A stretch of DNA of 64,000 bases from Elusimicrobiota bacterium (GTDB taxonomy: Bacteria > CG03 > SLGR01 > JAGXOG01): contig JBNJDT010000005.1 in the NCBI GenBank assembly GCA_051745145.1, positions 1,096 through 65,095 on the forward strand, given 5' to 3'. Both the position numbers and the translations under genes were made by a program. A model generated the notes under the pieces. That model had not been told where the DNA came from, made no database searches, and was given only the letters and a program-made list of their open reading frames with translations. Of the stretch, positions 1 to 10,563 are shown piece after piece. The stretch's first letter is position 1. The number at the start of each line of letters is the position of its first letter.

Positions 1-414
1 ATCTGGGTTTTAATTTTTTCCGGTTATCAGAATGAAAATGTATTTATAAGATTTTTATCCGGTTTTTACGAAGTTTATGATACGGGTATAGGGGCCCTTA
101 AAGATATGATATCCTATTCCAGACTATTCGCTCTGGGAATGGGTACTACAATACTGGGAATGGCGATAAACGAAATATCTAAGTTTACCTTTGAGTTGGC
201 CGGGTGGGCTAGCTATATCATTGTACCCGTAATTTTACTGGCCGGACATCTGGTTATGAACTTATTTATGAGTTCCCTCAGCGCTTATGTTCATACTTCC
301 AGATTAATGTATGTGGAATTTTTTACAAAATTTTTTAAGGGAGGGGGCACAACTTTCAATCCCCTCAGGTGGAAGAATAAAAGAGTTAAGATAGAAAAGA
401 CTCAAGAGACATAA
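1..414 (+). CDS. atpI: V/A-type ATPase subunit I (a), C-terminal fragment; 5' end lies outside the window
   Basis: Frame 1 is open from base 1. The C-terminus (LAGHLVMNLFMSSLSAYVHTSRLMYVEFFTKFFKGGG) resembles the C-terminal end of V-type subunit I. It sits directly upstream of the proteolipid gene, as in ntpIKECFABD operons. Confidence 0.7.
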   Translation: MWVLIFSGYQNENVFIRFLSGFYEVYDTGIGALKDMISYSRLFALGMGTTILGMAINEISKFTFELAGWASYIIVPVILLAGHLVMNLFMSSLSAYVHTSRLMYVEFFTKFFKGGGTTFNPLRWKNKRVKIEKTQET

Positions 415-423
415 TTAGATTAG

Positions 424-912
<489 letters not shown>

Positions 913-914
913 AA

Positions 915-1517
915 ATGAAAAATAAAGAGAGATTAGAAAAACTTTTCCAAGAAATATCTAAAGAAGCCCGGAAGGAAGTTGAAAAAATTCGGGAGAAGGC
1001 CAGCTCCCGGATTGATGAATTGGAAAAGCAGTTTAAAGAAGAGAAGAATAAATATTTTAAAGAACAAAAAGCTAAAATAGATCGCCGGGAAGCTCTGCAC
1101 AAGCAGCAGCAAATAACTAAAGAGCGACTTGAGGAAAAGAAAAAAATACTTAACCGCAAGAGGGAGCTAATAGAAAAAGTTTTCGATATTGCCGTTGAGA
1201 AATTGAAAAATACTGCTGAAAAGAAGAAACAAAAGTTCTTTAAAACAATGCTTGATGAGACAGTTAATTCCGGCGCGGAAGTTGTAAGACCTGCCGGCAA
1301 AAGTTCTGTCATTACGGAAAGCTTCATAAAAAAGGTAAATAAAGAGAAAAACTGGGAGCTGAAACTGGGTTCGGCAATAAAGTCCCAGTCCGGAGGATTT
1401 CTTCTGGAGGGCGAAAACTCTGAGACAGTAGTGGATTGGAAAAATATAAAAGAGTATTTAAAAGAGAAAGAAGAGGATAATATCATCCGTGAACTGTTCG
1501 GGAGCAATGATGATTGA
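915..1517 (+). CDS. atpE: V/A-type ATPase subunit E (peripheral stalk)
   Basis: 200-aa K/E-rich helical protein in the E position of the operon. Its start abuts the atpK stop. Confidence 0.75.
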   Translation: MKNKERLEKLFQEISKEARKEVEKIREKASSRIDELEKQFKEEKNKYFKEQKAKIDRREALHKQQQITKERLEEKKKILNRKRELIEKVFDIAVEKLKNTAEKKKQKFFKTMLDETVNSGAEVVRPAGKSSVITESFIKKVNKEKNWELKLGSAIKSQSGGFLLEGENSETVVDWKNIKEYLKEKEEDNIIRELFGSNDD

Positions 1518-2418
1518 GGACCGGTCGGGTTATCTTTTTCTTATAGGGAAAGTAAGATTTTTGGAAACTCAGATTTTAACTGACGCGGATTTAAATAGAC
1601 TTATTGAGAATAATACGGAGAAAAAACTTGTCAACGACCTTCAGGATACAAAATACGGCAAATATTTGGCTGATTATGATTTCAATGAAGCCCTTGAAAA
1701 ATATATATATAGCTGCTGGCGGGAATTTACCAATAAAATGGAAAATACCTGTATACTAGATTTATTTATGCTGAAAAGAGATGTTTTAAATTTTATAAAT
1801 TTTAAAAAAGATTTTAAAGAAGATAAATTTTTCGCCGGGGGGGTGTATAATTTACAAAGAGAAGAGGATACTGTTTTACCGGGTATATTGAAAAAAGTTG
1901 ATCAAAAACTTAAGAAAAAGTCTCAGGAAAAAGATGAAACTATTCCCGACGGCCTGGTGGAAAAAATTTTTATGGATTTCATAGCAAAAGACTATATTGA
2001 GCCCCTTGAAGGAGGGTTGCTCAAAAACTACTGGAAGGATATGGTGGATATAAATAATTTATTGAAAAATGTTAATCATGAAACACCCCAGGATTACTGG
2101 GCCGGGGGCAATATTGAACAAAGTTTTTGGGAAAAAGTTAAAATAGAGTCTGAAATTCCCCGGAAGTTATCTTCTAAAAAATATATGAAAGCTATTGAAA
2201 GTCAAAAAGATCCCGTAGAATGGGAGTTAAAACTGGAAGAATTTTTGTTAAAATATATTAATTCCATGAGAAAAATAACTTTTGGACCCGAAGCTGCGGT
2301 CGCTCTGCTTTTAAGTCTGTTTACAGAGGCTAAAAATCTTAATATGATAAAAGCGGGCATAAATTTGGAACTGGATAAGAAAGAGATAAGAGATAATCTT
2401 ATTTTAGGTTATGCCTGA
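1507..2418 (+). CDS. atpC: V/A-type ATPase subunit C (V0 d)
   Basis: About 300 aa. The N-terminus (MIEDRSGYLFLIGKVRFLETQIL) matches the start of subunit C/d. The ORF-track start at 1489 is probably too far upstream; the internal ATG at 1507/1510 is the likely start. Overlaps the atpE stop. Confidence 0.7.
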   Translation: MMIEDRSGYLFLIGKVRFLETQILTDADLNRLIENNTEKKLVNDLQDTKYGKYLADYDFNEALEKYIYSCWREFTNKMENTCILDLFMLKRDVLNFINFKKDFKEDKFFAGGVYNLQREEDTVLPGILKKVDQKLKKKSQEKDETIPDGLVEKIFMDFIAKDYIEPLEGGLLKNYWKDMVDINNLLKNVNHETPQDYWAGGNIEQSFWEKVKIESEIPRKLSSKKYMKAIESQKDPVEWELKLEEFLLKYINSMRKITFGPEAAVALLLSLFTEAKNLNMIKAGINLELDKKEIRDNLILGYA

Positions 2419-2725
2419 AGATAAATTTAATATAACAGCACTGGGAAGAAGAGAATTTGTATTACCTTTCGGGGCGGTGGGTTTTAATTATCAAGCCGAA
2501 GAAAAACTGGAAAACGCCATTGAATATATTTTCAAACAGGACTATAAAAGAACACTTTTCATATTAGATGAAGATTTAATTGAAAATATTCAGAAAATTG
2601 AAGAGGCTGAAGAAAGAGGAGCTAATATTCTTATTTTAAAAGCCTGGGGGAAATCTAAATTAGCAAAAAATAAAATAAGACGAGCATCGATAAAGGCAAT
2701 AGGAGCAGATATATTAAAGGAATAA
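2411..2725 (+). CDS. atpF: V/A-type ATPase subunit F
   Basis: 104 aa. Size, operon position and the LGRREFVLPFGAVG motif are typical of subunit F. Confidence 0.75.
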   Translation: MPEDKFNITALGRREFVLPFGAVGFNYQAEEKLENAIEYIFKQDYKRTLFILDEDLIENIQKIEEAEERGANILILKAWGKSKLAKNKIRRASIKAIGADILKE

Positions 2726-2729
2726 TTAT

Positions 2730-4580
2730 ATGAGTAAGGAAAACAAAAAAAGAACTGGGACTATAAAGAGAATCGCCGGCCCCCTTATTGTAGCAGAAGG
2801 TTTAAAAGGGGTAAAGATGAATGAAGTTGTGAGGGTCGGAAAAGAGAAGCTGATCGGAGAGGTTGTGGAATTGAGCAGCGACGGAGTAGCTATACAGGTT
2901 TACGAAGAAACTGCCGGAATAAAGCCCGGCGAACCGGTAACACCTACGGGGGCTCCTCTTTCTGTTGAGCTTGGACCTGGACTAATAAGTTCTATATACG
3001 ATGGAATTCAACGTCCTTTGGATGTGGTTAAAGAAAAAACCGGTGATTTCATAGAACGGGGAGTAGAAATTTACGGCCTGGATCAGAAGAAAAAATGGGA
3101 GTTTTCTCCAAAAGTTAAAAAGGGAGATAAGGTTTCCGCCGGGGATATTATCGGGGAAGTCGAAGAGACTCCTATAATTAATCACCGGATTATGGTACCC
3201 CCGGATGTAGAAGGAGAAGTCAAAAAAATAGAAGACGGAAAGTTTACAGTTAGCGATACTGTAGCGGTTATTAAAGGAGAGAGCAAAGATTACGAGATAT
3301 CTATGAATCAGAACTGGCCTGTCCGTCAAAGAAGACCGTATAAGAATAAAATCCCCCCCAACGAACCGTTAGTCTCCGGGCAGAGAGTTATTGATACATT
3401 TTTCCCCATAGTAAAAGGAGGCGTGGCCTGCATACCGGGTCCCTTCGGAAGCGGCAAGACAGTAATTCAGCAGCAGCTGGCCAAATGGGCGGATGCCGAC
3501 ATAATAGTTTATATCGGCTGCGGTGAAAGGGGAAATGAAATGACTGACGTCTTGCGGGAATTTCCCGAACTTGAGGATCCGTATTCCGGAGAACCTCTGA
3601 TAAAAAGGACTGTTCTTATTGCCAACACTTCTAATATGCCGGTGGCCGCCAGAGAGGCTTCTATATATACCGGTACAACTATAGCGGAATATTACCGGGA
3701 TATGGGTTATAAGGTAGCTCTTATGGCCGATTCGACTTCCCGTTGGGCCGAGGCATTAAGAGAAATGTCTGGTCGTCTGGAAGAAATGCCCGGCGAAGAA
3801 GGGTACCCTGCTTATCTGGCTTCCCGGATTGCCGCGTTTTATGAACGGGGCGGAAGAATGAACTGCCTGGGTGACAGAGAGGGATCACTTTCAATAATAG
3901 GGGCGGTTTCGCCCCCCGGAGGAGATCTTTCGGATCCCGTGGTAAAAAACACTTTAAGAGTGGTTAAAGTGTTCTGGGGGTTAGATGATGATTTGGCTTC
4001 CCAGCGCCACTTTCCGGCAATTCACTGGCTTAATTCTTATTCTCTCTATGTAAATAATATTGAAGAATATCTTACTGAAAATGTGGGAGAAAATTTTTCT
4101 GAATTGAGAGATAAAGCTATATCTATACTTCAGGAAGAAGAGTCTCTTCAGGAAATAGTTAGGTTAGTCGGTGAGGAATCTCTTTCCGACAGGGACCGGC
4201 AGGTTCTGGATACTGCCAAGATGTTGAGAGAGGATTTTCTCCAGCAGCATGCTTTTGACGATGAGGAGACATTCACTGATATTAAAAATCAGTATAGGAT
4301 GTTAAAAGCTATTATGGTTTATCATGAGGCCGCCCTGAAAGTATTAGAGCAGGAGAAAGAGTTTGAAGATATAGTAAACTTAGATGTTAAAAAAGAAATA
4401 GCTAAGATGAAATATATTCAGAAAGAAGATATAGAAAAATTTGACCAGCTTGAAAAAAATATACGGGAACAGTTAGAAAGCGGCGGAGTAGCCGAAGAAG
4501 ACGAATTTTCCGAAAAAGAAAGTGAGCAAGAAGCATACGAAGAAAATGACGAAGAAACTCAAGAAAAGAAGGAAGAGTAA
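2730..4580 (+). CDS. atpA: V/A-type ATPase catalytic subunit A, carrying an acidic C-terminal low-complexity extension
   Basis: Walker [10 protein letters not shown] and the conserved catalytic core ([27 protein letters not shown]). 616 aa ending in an E/D-rich tail. Confidence 0.95.
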   Translation: MSKENKKRTGTIKRIAGPLIVAEGLKGVKMNEVVRVGKEKLIGEVVELSSDGVAIQVYEETAGIKPGEPVTPTGAPLSVELGPGLISSIYDGIQRPLDVVKEKTGDFIERGVEIYGLDQKKKWEFSPKVKKGDKVSAGDIIGEVEETPIINHRIMVPPDVEGEVKKIEDGKFTVSDTVAVIKGESKDYEISMNQNWPVRQRRPYKNKIPPNEPLVSGQRVIDTFFPIVKGGVACIPGPFGSGKTVIQQQLAKWADADIIVYIGCGERGNEMTDVLREFPELEDPYSGEPLIKRTVLIANTSNMPVAAREASIYTGTTIAEYYRDMGYKVALMADSTSRWAEALREMSGRLEEMPGEEGYPAYLASRIAAFYERGGRMNCLGDREGSLSIIGAVSPPGGDLSDPVVKNTLRVVKVFWGLDDDLASQRHFPAIHWLNSYSLYVNNIEEYLTENVGENFSELRDKAISILQEEESLQEIVRLVGEESLSDRDRQVLDTAKMLREDFLQQHAFDDEETFTDIKNQYRMLKAIMVYHEAALKVLEQEKEFEDIVNLDVKKEIAKMKYIQKEDIEKFDQLEKNIREQLESGGVAEEDEFSEKESEQEAYEENDEETQEKKEE

Positions 4581-4585
4581 AAAAT

Positions 4586-6070
4586 ATGAAACAGGAATAT
4601 AAGACAGTTAAGAGTATATCCGGCCCTCTTTTTTATGTGGAGAAAGTAGAAGATGTGGCCTATAATGAGATTGCCACGGTAAAGTTGCCTTCGGGTGAGG
4701 AAAGATTGGGGCAGGTTTTGGAAGTTAATGAAAATACGGTATTATTGCAGCTTTTCGCCGGTACTTCGGGAGCTAATTTAAATAATTCCAGAGTAAAATT
4801 CTTAGGTAAAGAGTTGACCCAGCCGGTTTCAGAGGATATTCAGGGCCGGGTATTTGACGGGATGGGCCGGCCTCAGGACGGCGCCGGAAAAGTTATTGCC
4901 GATGAATATAGAGATATAAACGGGTTGGCTATAAATCCTTCTTCCAGAAGCTATCCCAATGAATTTATTGAAACCGGAATTTCTTCTATAGATGCTATGA
5001 ATACTCTCGTCCGGGGTCAAAAATTACCTATTTTTTCGGGAAGCGGACTCCCTCACAACGAACTTTCCGCTCAGATTGCCCGGCAGGCTAAAGTCAAAGG
5101 TGAGCAGGAGGATTTTTGTGTAGTATTTGCAGCTATGGGTATTACTTATGAGGAAGCCCAGTATTTTAGGGAAGAACTGGAAAAAACCGGTGCTATAGAA
5201 AGATCAGTTATGTTTTTGAATCTTGCCGATGATCCGGCAATTGAACGGTTAGCCACCCCCCGTATGGCTTTAACCGCAGCTGAGTACCTGGCTTTTGAAA
5301 AAGATTATCAAGTTCTGGTATTAATGACGAATATGACTAATTACGCAGAAGCTCTGCGGGAGGTATCGGCGGCCAGAAAAGAGATACCCGGCCGTAGAGG
5401 TTATCCGGGCTATATGTACACTGATCTGGCCAGTATTTATGAAAGAGCAGGTAGGATTCAGGGTAGAAAGGGCTCAATAACCCAGATTCCCATACTTACT
5501 ATGCCTAATGACGATAAAACCCATCCCATCCCTGATTTAACCGGATATATCACAGAAGGACAGATAATATTATCCAGAGAACTTGAGCATAATAATATAT
5601 ATCCCCCTATAGATGTGTTGCCTTCTCTTTCCCGTTTAAAGGAGAAGGGTATAGGAGAGGGAAAGACAAGAGACGACCACTCCGCGGTATCCAGCCAGCT
5701 GTTTGCCGCTTATGCCCGGGGAAAACAGGCCAAAGAGTTAGCTGTAATTTTGGGAGAAGCAGCACTTTCTGAAACAGATAAAAAATTCTCTAATTTTGCT
5801 GATATATATGAGAACAAATATGTAGCCCAGGAAGAATACGAAGACAGGGATATTGAGGAAAGTCTGGATCTGGCCTGGGATCTTCTTAAAAATCTGCCCA
5901 AAGAAGAATTAAAGAGAGTAAAAGAAGAACAAATTAAAAAATATATGGAAGGTTCTTCAAAAAAAGAGACCAAAGAGAAAAAAGAAGATAAAGTGGAAAA
6001 AGAAAAGCCTGAACAAAAAAGAAAAAATGGCCCAGAAGAAAAAGGGGATACCAAAAAAGATAAAGAATAA
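4586..6070 (+). CDS. atpB: V/A-type ATPase regulatory subunit B, carrying a K/E-rich C-terminal extension
   Basis: Conserved B-subunit core ([40 protein letters not shown]). 494 aa, with the last ~70 aa K/E-rich. Confidence 0.95.
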   Translation: MKQEYKTVKSISGPLFYVEKVEDVAYNEIATVKLPSGEERLGQVLEVNENTVLLQLFAGTSGANLNNSRVKFLGKELTQPVSEDIQGRVFDGMGRPQDGAGKVIADEYRDINGLAINPSSRSYPNEFIETGISSIDAMNTLVRGQKLPIFSGSGLPHNELSAQIARQAKVKGEQEDFCVVFAAMGITYEEAQYFREELEKTGAIERSVMFLNLADDPAIERLATPRMALTAAEYLAFEKDYQVLVLMTNMTNYAEALREVSAARKEIPGRRGYPGYMYTDLASIYERAGRIQGRKGSITQIPILTMPNDDKTHPIPDLTGYITEGQIILSRELEHNNIYPPIDVLPSLSRLKEKGIGEGKTRDDHSAVSSQLFAAYARGKQAKELAVILGEAALSETDKKFSNFADIYENKYVAQEEYEDRDIEESLDLAWDLLKNLPKEELKRVKEEQIKKYMEGSSKKETKEKKEDKVEKEKPEQKRKNGPEEKGDTKKDKE

Positions 6071-6072
6071 AT

Positions 6073-6699
6073 ATGGCTAACGTATTAAATGTAAATCCCA
6101 ACAGGATGGAGCTGATGAAGCTCCGAGATCGCCTGTCGCTTGCCCGCCGCGGTCACCGGCTTTTAAAAGATAAACAGGATGACTTGATGAAACGGTTTAC
6201 TGAAACAACTGAAAAGGTGCGGGAATTGCGGTCAAAAATAGAAGATCAGTACGATTCCTTAAAAATACCGTATTTAATAATAAGGTCGGTCAGTGAAGAT
6301 CGTGGTTTTATCTCTTATTGTAAAAAAGCTTTAATAAAAGCGGATATATGGGGCGTTAGAAAGCATCTTATGAATTTGGTGGTCCCGAAAATTAAAGTTG
6401 AATTTGAAGATAATACCCAGAATGCAGGAAATCTCAATGTATCTTCACTTTTACCGGGGTTTATTAAAAAATTTTTAAATCTTACCCGGGATGTAGTTAA
6501 ATTGGGCAATGAAGAAAAAAAGATGTATTTGCTTGCTGAAGAGTTAGAAAAAGTACGAAGAAGGGTGAATGCGCTGGAATATATATTTATTCCCAAGTTA
6601 GAGGAAACCGTAGATTACATATCCATGCAGTTAGAAGAATTAGAAAGAGAAAATATTACCAGGTTGATGAAAATAAAAGATATTGTTCGAGACCGTTAA
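6073..6699 (+). CDS. atpD: V/A-type ATPase subunit D (central stalk)
   Basis: 208 aa. N-terminus (NRMELMKLRDRLSLARRGHRLLKDKQD) is typical of subunit D. Last gene of the ATPase block. Confidence 0.85.
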   Translation: MANVLNVNPNRMELMKLRDRLSLARRGHRLLKDKQDDLMKRFTETTEKVRELRSKIEDQYDSLKIPYLIIRSVSEDRGFISYCKKALIKADIWGVRKHLMNLVVPKIKVEFEDNTQNAGNLNVSSLLPGFIKKFLNLTRDVVKLGNEEKKMYLLAEELEKVRRRVNALEYIFIPKLEETVDYISMQLEELERENITRLMKIKDIVRDR

Positions 6700-7997
6700 T
6701 GGGCTTGATTTACGAAAATATTTTTCTTTTTATTTATATATTTACTTTTTCTTTACTCATAACCAGTTTAATATTATATATTGAAGAAAGAAGCAGACGG
6801 TCAGAACTAAAATCCCGTCTTAAACAGGTTCGAAAGAAAAGTGACGGTTATATTAAAGATCTAAATAACCTCATCACAATGCTTACCAATCTCCAGGAAA
6901 TAGAAATGTCATATACCAAAATGGATGATTTGGAAAAGCTGTGCAATCTCATTGTAGAATATGCTACGAATATCCTGCAGACAGAAACAGGCTCTCTTAT
7001 GTTAGTCGATAAAACTACCAATAAATTAAAAATTGTCGCATCCAGGGGTTTAAGCCGGGAAATTGTAGAAAGCACAGAGATGGATATAGGAGAGGGAATT
7101 GCCGGGAGAGTAGCCGAAAAAGGGAATCCTATATACTGTTCGGATATCGAAAAAGATGTTAGATTTATGCGTAGCTCTAAAGTCCACTATGTATCCAAAT
7201 CTTTCATTGCCGTTCCCTTAAAAGTAAAAGATAAGGTCATAGGGGTATTGAACGTTAATAGCAAAGAAAAAAATAATCATTTCGGAGAAAAGGATAAGAG
7301 GTTAATTAATATTCTGGCCGACCAGGCGGCCGCCGCAATTGAAAATATTAATCTATACCGGGATATGAAAGATATGTATATAGGTACTATTAAAACTTTG
7401 GCCGAAGCCATAGATGCCAAAGACCCGTATACCAGGGGCCATGCGGAGAGAGTAACGAAATATTCAGTAGCCATAGCCAAAGAGATGGATTTAGATAAAA
7501 AGTTATTGAGAAATATTGAATTTGCGGCTCTTATTCACGATATAGGTAAGATAGGTATAAAAGACAATATCTTATTTAAACCCGGGAAACTTACTGATTC
7601 AGAGTACGAAAAAATCCAACAACATCCTAAAATAGGGGAGCAGATAATATCCCCTGTAGAATTTCTTATTAATGTAGCTCCCCTTGTTTTATACCATCAC
7701 GAATATTATAACGGCCAGGGCTATCCGGAGGGGCTTAAAGGAAAAGAGATCCCCATAGGGGCCCGGATATTAACAGTCGCCGACTCTTTTGAGGCAATGA
7801 TTTCTGACAGACCCTATAAAAAAGGTTTTTCTATAGAGGAAGCTGTGGAGGAATTAAAGTCGTGTAAAGGCGAACAATTCGACCCTGAGGTGGTAGAGGC
7901 GTTTTTAAAAGTACTTGAAAGAGATGGAGAAAATATATCTAACGAGATTAGAGAATTCAATGAAAAAAACAGAACCAAACTGGGTAATTTATTATAA
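6699..7997 (+). CDS. Membrane-anchored GAF-domain HD-GYP phosphodiesterase (likely c-di-GMP)
   Basis: N-terminal TM segment, a GAF-like middle region, and an HD-GYP catalytic domain (HAERV, IHDIGKIGI, HHEYYNGQGYPEGL). Its start overlaps the atpD stop by 1 nt. Confidence 0.85.
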   Translation: MGLIYENIFLFIYIFTFSLLITSLILYIEERSRRSELKSRLKQVRKKSDGYIKDLNNLITMLTNLQEIEMSYTKMDDLEKLCNLIVEYATNILQTETGSLMLVDKTTNKLKIVASRGLSREIVESTEMDIGEGIAGRVAEKGNPIYCSDIEKDVRFMRSSKVHYVSKSFIAVPLKVKDKVIGVLNVNSKEKNNHFGEKDKRLINILADQAAAAIENINLYRDMKDMYIGTIKTLAEAIDAKDPYTRGHAERVTKYSVAIAKEMDLDKKLLRNIEFAALIHDIGKIGIKDNILFKPGKLTDSEYEKIQQHPKIGEQIISPVEFLINVAPLVLYHHEYYNGQGYPEGLKGKEIPIGARILTVADSFEAMISDRPYKKGFSIEEAVEELKSCKGEQFDPEVVEAFLKVLERDGENISNEIREFNEKNRTKLGNLL

Positions 7998-8706
7998 AGA
8001 TTTTATAAAAAACGAGATTGCCTCATCCGGGCGAACCGGAGGAGTTGTAGGGGTATCCGGAGGTATCGATTCTGCTGTGTGTCTCTATTTAACTAATAAA
8101 GCTGTGGGAAAAGATAATACTCATCCGGTTTTTTTGCCCCACCGGAAAAACTCGGAAGATATCAAAAAAAAGGCAGTTAAAATTGTCGAAAAATTAAATT
8201 TAAAGTTAAAAATATATGATTTGAGGAAAATAATAGAAAATTTTAAAAATGAGACAGGTTGTGCAGATAAAATGCAGATAGGTAATTTTGCGGCTAGAGT
8301 TAGAACTGCTTTTCTTTATCAGGAAGCAGCTAGGACGGACTCTCTTGTTATAAATACAAGTAACCGCACTGAATCAATGACCGGATATTTTACTAAATGG
8401 GGAGATGAGGGAGGGGATGTGAGTCCCCTGGGAAATCTATATAAGAAAGATGTTTACGATTTGGCAACACAGGTCGGAGTACCGGAGGATATAATTAAAT
8501 CGCCGCCTTCCGCCGGGTTTTACTCGAGTCAAAATGACGAAGATGAACTGGGTCTAGATTATAAAACTTTAGACAGGGTGTTAATGAAAATAGATGGGGG
8601 CAAAGAGGAAGAGATTGCCTCCGGACTGTTGAATAAAGTTAAAAAACTTATAGATAACTCGGCTCATAAAAGAGATAAACCGGTTACGGCTCCAAGGATA
8701 AATTAA
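7960..8706 (+). CDS. nadE: NH3-dependent NAD+ synthetase
   Basis: PP-loop GVSGGIDSAV plus NadE-like downstream motifs (FTKWGDEGGD, LYKKDVYDLA). The ORF track opens at a TTG at 7915; ATG at 7924 or 7960 is more plausible. The 5' end overlaps the HD-GYP gene. Confidence 0.8.
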   Translation: MKKTEPNWVIYYKDFIKNEIASSGRTGGVVGVSGGIDSAVCLYLTNKAVGKDNTHPVFLPHRKNSEDIKKKAVKIVEKLNLKLKIYDLRKIIENFKNETGCADKMQIGNFAARVRTAFLYQEAARTDSLVINTSNRTESMTGYFTKWGDEGGDVSPLGNLYKKDVYDLATQVGVPEDIIKSPPSAGFYSSQNDEDELGLDYKTLDRVLMKIDGGKEEEIASGLLNKVKKLIDNSAHKRDKPVTAPRIN

Positions 8707-8712
8707 TAAAAG

Positions 8713-9396
8713 ATGGGAACGGGAACTCTATATCTTTTAGCAACTCCCATAGGGCATCTGGAAGATATAACTCTCCGGGCCTTAAAAGTTTTAAAGTCCG
8801 TAAACTTAATTTTATGCGAGGATACCCGTACTACTAAAAAATTACTGGACAGATATAATATTAAAAAGAAGCAGCGGTCCTATTATTCTCCCCGGGAGTA
8901 TGAGCAGGCTGAAAGATATTTGAATTTACTGGAAAAAGGAAAGGATATTGCCCTTGTTTCGGAAAGCGGAACTCCGTGTGTTTCGGACCCGGGTTTAGAA
9001 ATAGTTGACCGGGCCCTTTCAAAAAATATGGATGTTAAACCTGTACCCGGTCCCTCGGCTTTAACTGCGGCAGTTAGTGTTTCGGGGATAAAAGCTGATG
9101 AATTATTATTTACGGGCTTTATTTCCCGTCAAAAGGGAAAAAGAAAGAGATATCTGGAAAAACATATGTCGAAAAGTTATGCAATGCTTATTTATGAATC
9201 TAAACATCGCATTAAAGATACCCTTAAATTTATAAAAGAAATTGATCCGGATCGGACAGTATTTATAGGCCGGGAAATGACCAAGAAATTTGAAGAGTAT
9301 TTAAGAGGACCGGCATTGAAAATATATGATAATATAAATAATAGAGAAAATTTAAGAGGGGAATTTGTAATTCTATGCTCCGGTGCGAAAATGTAA
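8713..9396 (+). CDS. rsmI: 16S rRNA (cytidine1402-2'-O)-methyltransferase
   Basis: N-terminus LYLLATPIGHLEDITLRALKVLKSVNLILCEDTRTT is the RsmI/tetrapyrrole-methylase-fold signature. 227 aa. Confidence 0.85.
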   Translation: MGTGTLYLLATPIGHLEDITLRALKVLKSVNLILCEDTRTTKKLLDRYNIKKKQRSYYSPREYEQAERYLNLLEKGKDIALVSESGTPCVSDPGLEIVDRALSKNMDVKPVPGPSALTAAVSVSGIKADELLFTGFISRQKGKRKRYLEKHMSKSYAMLIYESKHRIKDTLKFIKEIDPDRTVFIGREMTKKFEEYLRGPALKIYDNINNRENLRGEFVILCSGAKM

Positions 9397-9953
9397 AATA
9401 TACTACATCCCCGCCCCGGCAAGTAGAGGTATTTAAAAATTTAGATTTTAAGATAGAAAAAGGCGAAAACACGGTTATTTACGGTGATAATGGGTCGGGC
9501 AAGTCAACTCTGCTTAAACTACTTCTGGGTATTGAAAAACCGGATAGAGGAGAAATCGCTGACGAACAATCCGCCGTTGCGGTTTTTGAAGATATAGAGG
9601 AACAGATACTGTTTTCAACAGTTAGAGAGGAATTGAAATCATCCGATACCTTTGATAATAATCAGATTATGAGTATATTAAAATTAAGACCGCTTAGAAC
9701 CCGAAGCACACTTGAGCTTTCTTTTACCGAAAAGTCGCGTTTAGTTTTTTTTACGGCCTGGCAGACGGGCAAACATTTTATGCTTGTTGATACACCGGTA
9801 GATGATGATTTAATAAATAAATGTATAAAATATTTAACCAGGAATAAAAAGAGAACTGTGGTCCTTTTTTTACCGGTAGAAGAAAAAAGAAGTTTTACAA
9901 ATTCCTGGCAAAAATTTTATATTGATAATAAGAGGATAAATATTGCAAATTAA
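9375..9953 (+). CDS. Minimal ABC-type ATPase-like protein, 192 aa, with degenerate catalytic motifs
   Basis: Walker A GDNGSGKST. Signature-like LSFTEKSRL. Walker B FMLVDTPVDD (no catalytic Glu). No H-loop His. Overlaps the rsmI stop and the next gene. Confidence 0.6.
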   Translation: MLRCENVKYTTSPPRQVEVFKNLDFKIEKGENTVIYGDNGSGKSTLLKLLLGIEKPDRGEIADEQSAVAVFEDIEEQILFSTVREELKSSDTFDNNQIMSILKLRPLRTRSTLELSFTEKSRLVFFTAWQTGKHFMLVDTPVDDDLINKCIKYLTRNKKRTVVLFLPVEEKRSFTNSWQKFYIDNKRINIAN

Positions 9954-10563
9954 TAATTTAAAAGTTAAACGTGAAACGTACCGGGGCAGTAGGATAATAT
10001 TTGATAACTTAAATTTGAAAACCAAGGCCCGGATAAATGTTATATTTGGGCCGCCGGGAACGGGTAAATCAACCTTGCTGGAAGTTATTGCCGGAGTACT
10101 GGAACCGGTGCAGGGTAAGGCGGAAGGTTTTAATTCAAAGAACCACCAGTTTCTTATGCAGGTTCCCGAAAGACAGTTTATATACGGAAGCTGCAGGGCG
10201 GAATTGGAAAAAAAGTGTAAGAATCCCAGGGAAGCACTTACCCGTTTTGGACTTCCTGAAGATATAATGGAGCTATCCCCGTGGAGTTTGAGCAAGGGAC
10301 AGAGAAAAAAACTTTTGCTGGCCGGATTTATAACAGGAAAATCCGGGAATGAGAATTTTATTCTGGATGATCCTTTTAAAGATCTTGATAAAAAAGGTAT
10401 TAATTTAGTGGTAGAAGAATTTTTTAGACCCCGGGCCAACAAAGTAATTATGGCCACCGCCAGCAGAAGAGAATTGCAATACTTGAAGACAAAAGGTATA
10501 AAATCTGATATAATAAATATAAAAGCAATAAAGAACCGAAAATATAAAAATGAGCTGGCTTAA
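9943..10563 (+). CDS. Minimal ABC-type ATPase-like protein, 206 aa, with degenerate catalytic motifs
   Basis: Walker A GPPGTGKST. Q-loop-like QVPERQ. Signature-like LSKGQRKKL. Walker B ILDDPF (Glu replaced by Asp). No H-loop His. Overlaps both neighbours. Confidence 0.6.
   Translation: MQINNLKVKRETYRGSRIIFDNLNLKTKARINVIFGPPGTGKSTLLEVIAGVLEPVQGKAEGFNSKNHQFLMQVPERQFIYGSCRAELEKKCKNPREALTRFGLPEDIMELSPWSLSKGQRKKLLLAGFITGKSGNENFILDDPFKDLDKKGINLVVEEFFRPRANKVIMATASRRELQYLKTKGIKSDIINIKAIKNRKYKNELA

Noticed and set aside
10037-10267. 76-aa + ORF inside the second mini-ABC gene
   Set aside because: It is an alternative frame of a gene with recognisable ABC motifs and has no support.
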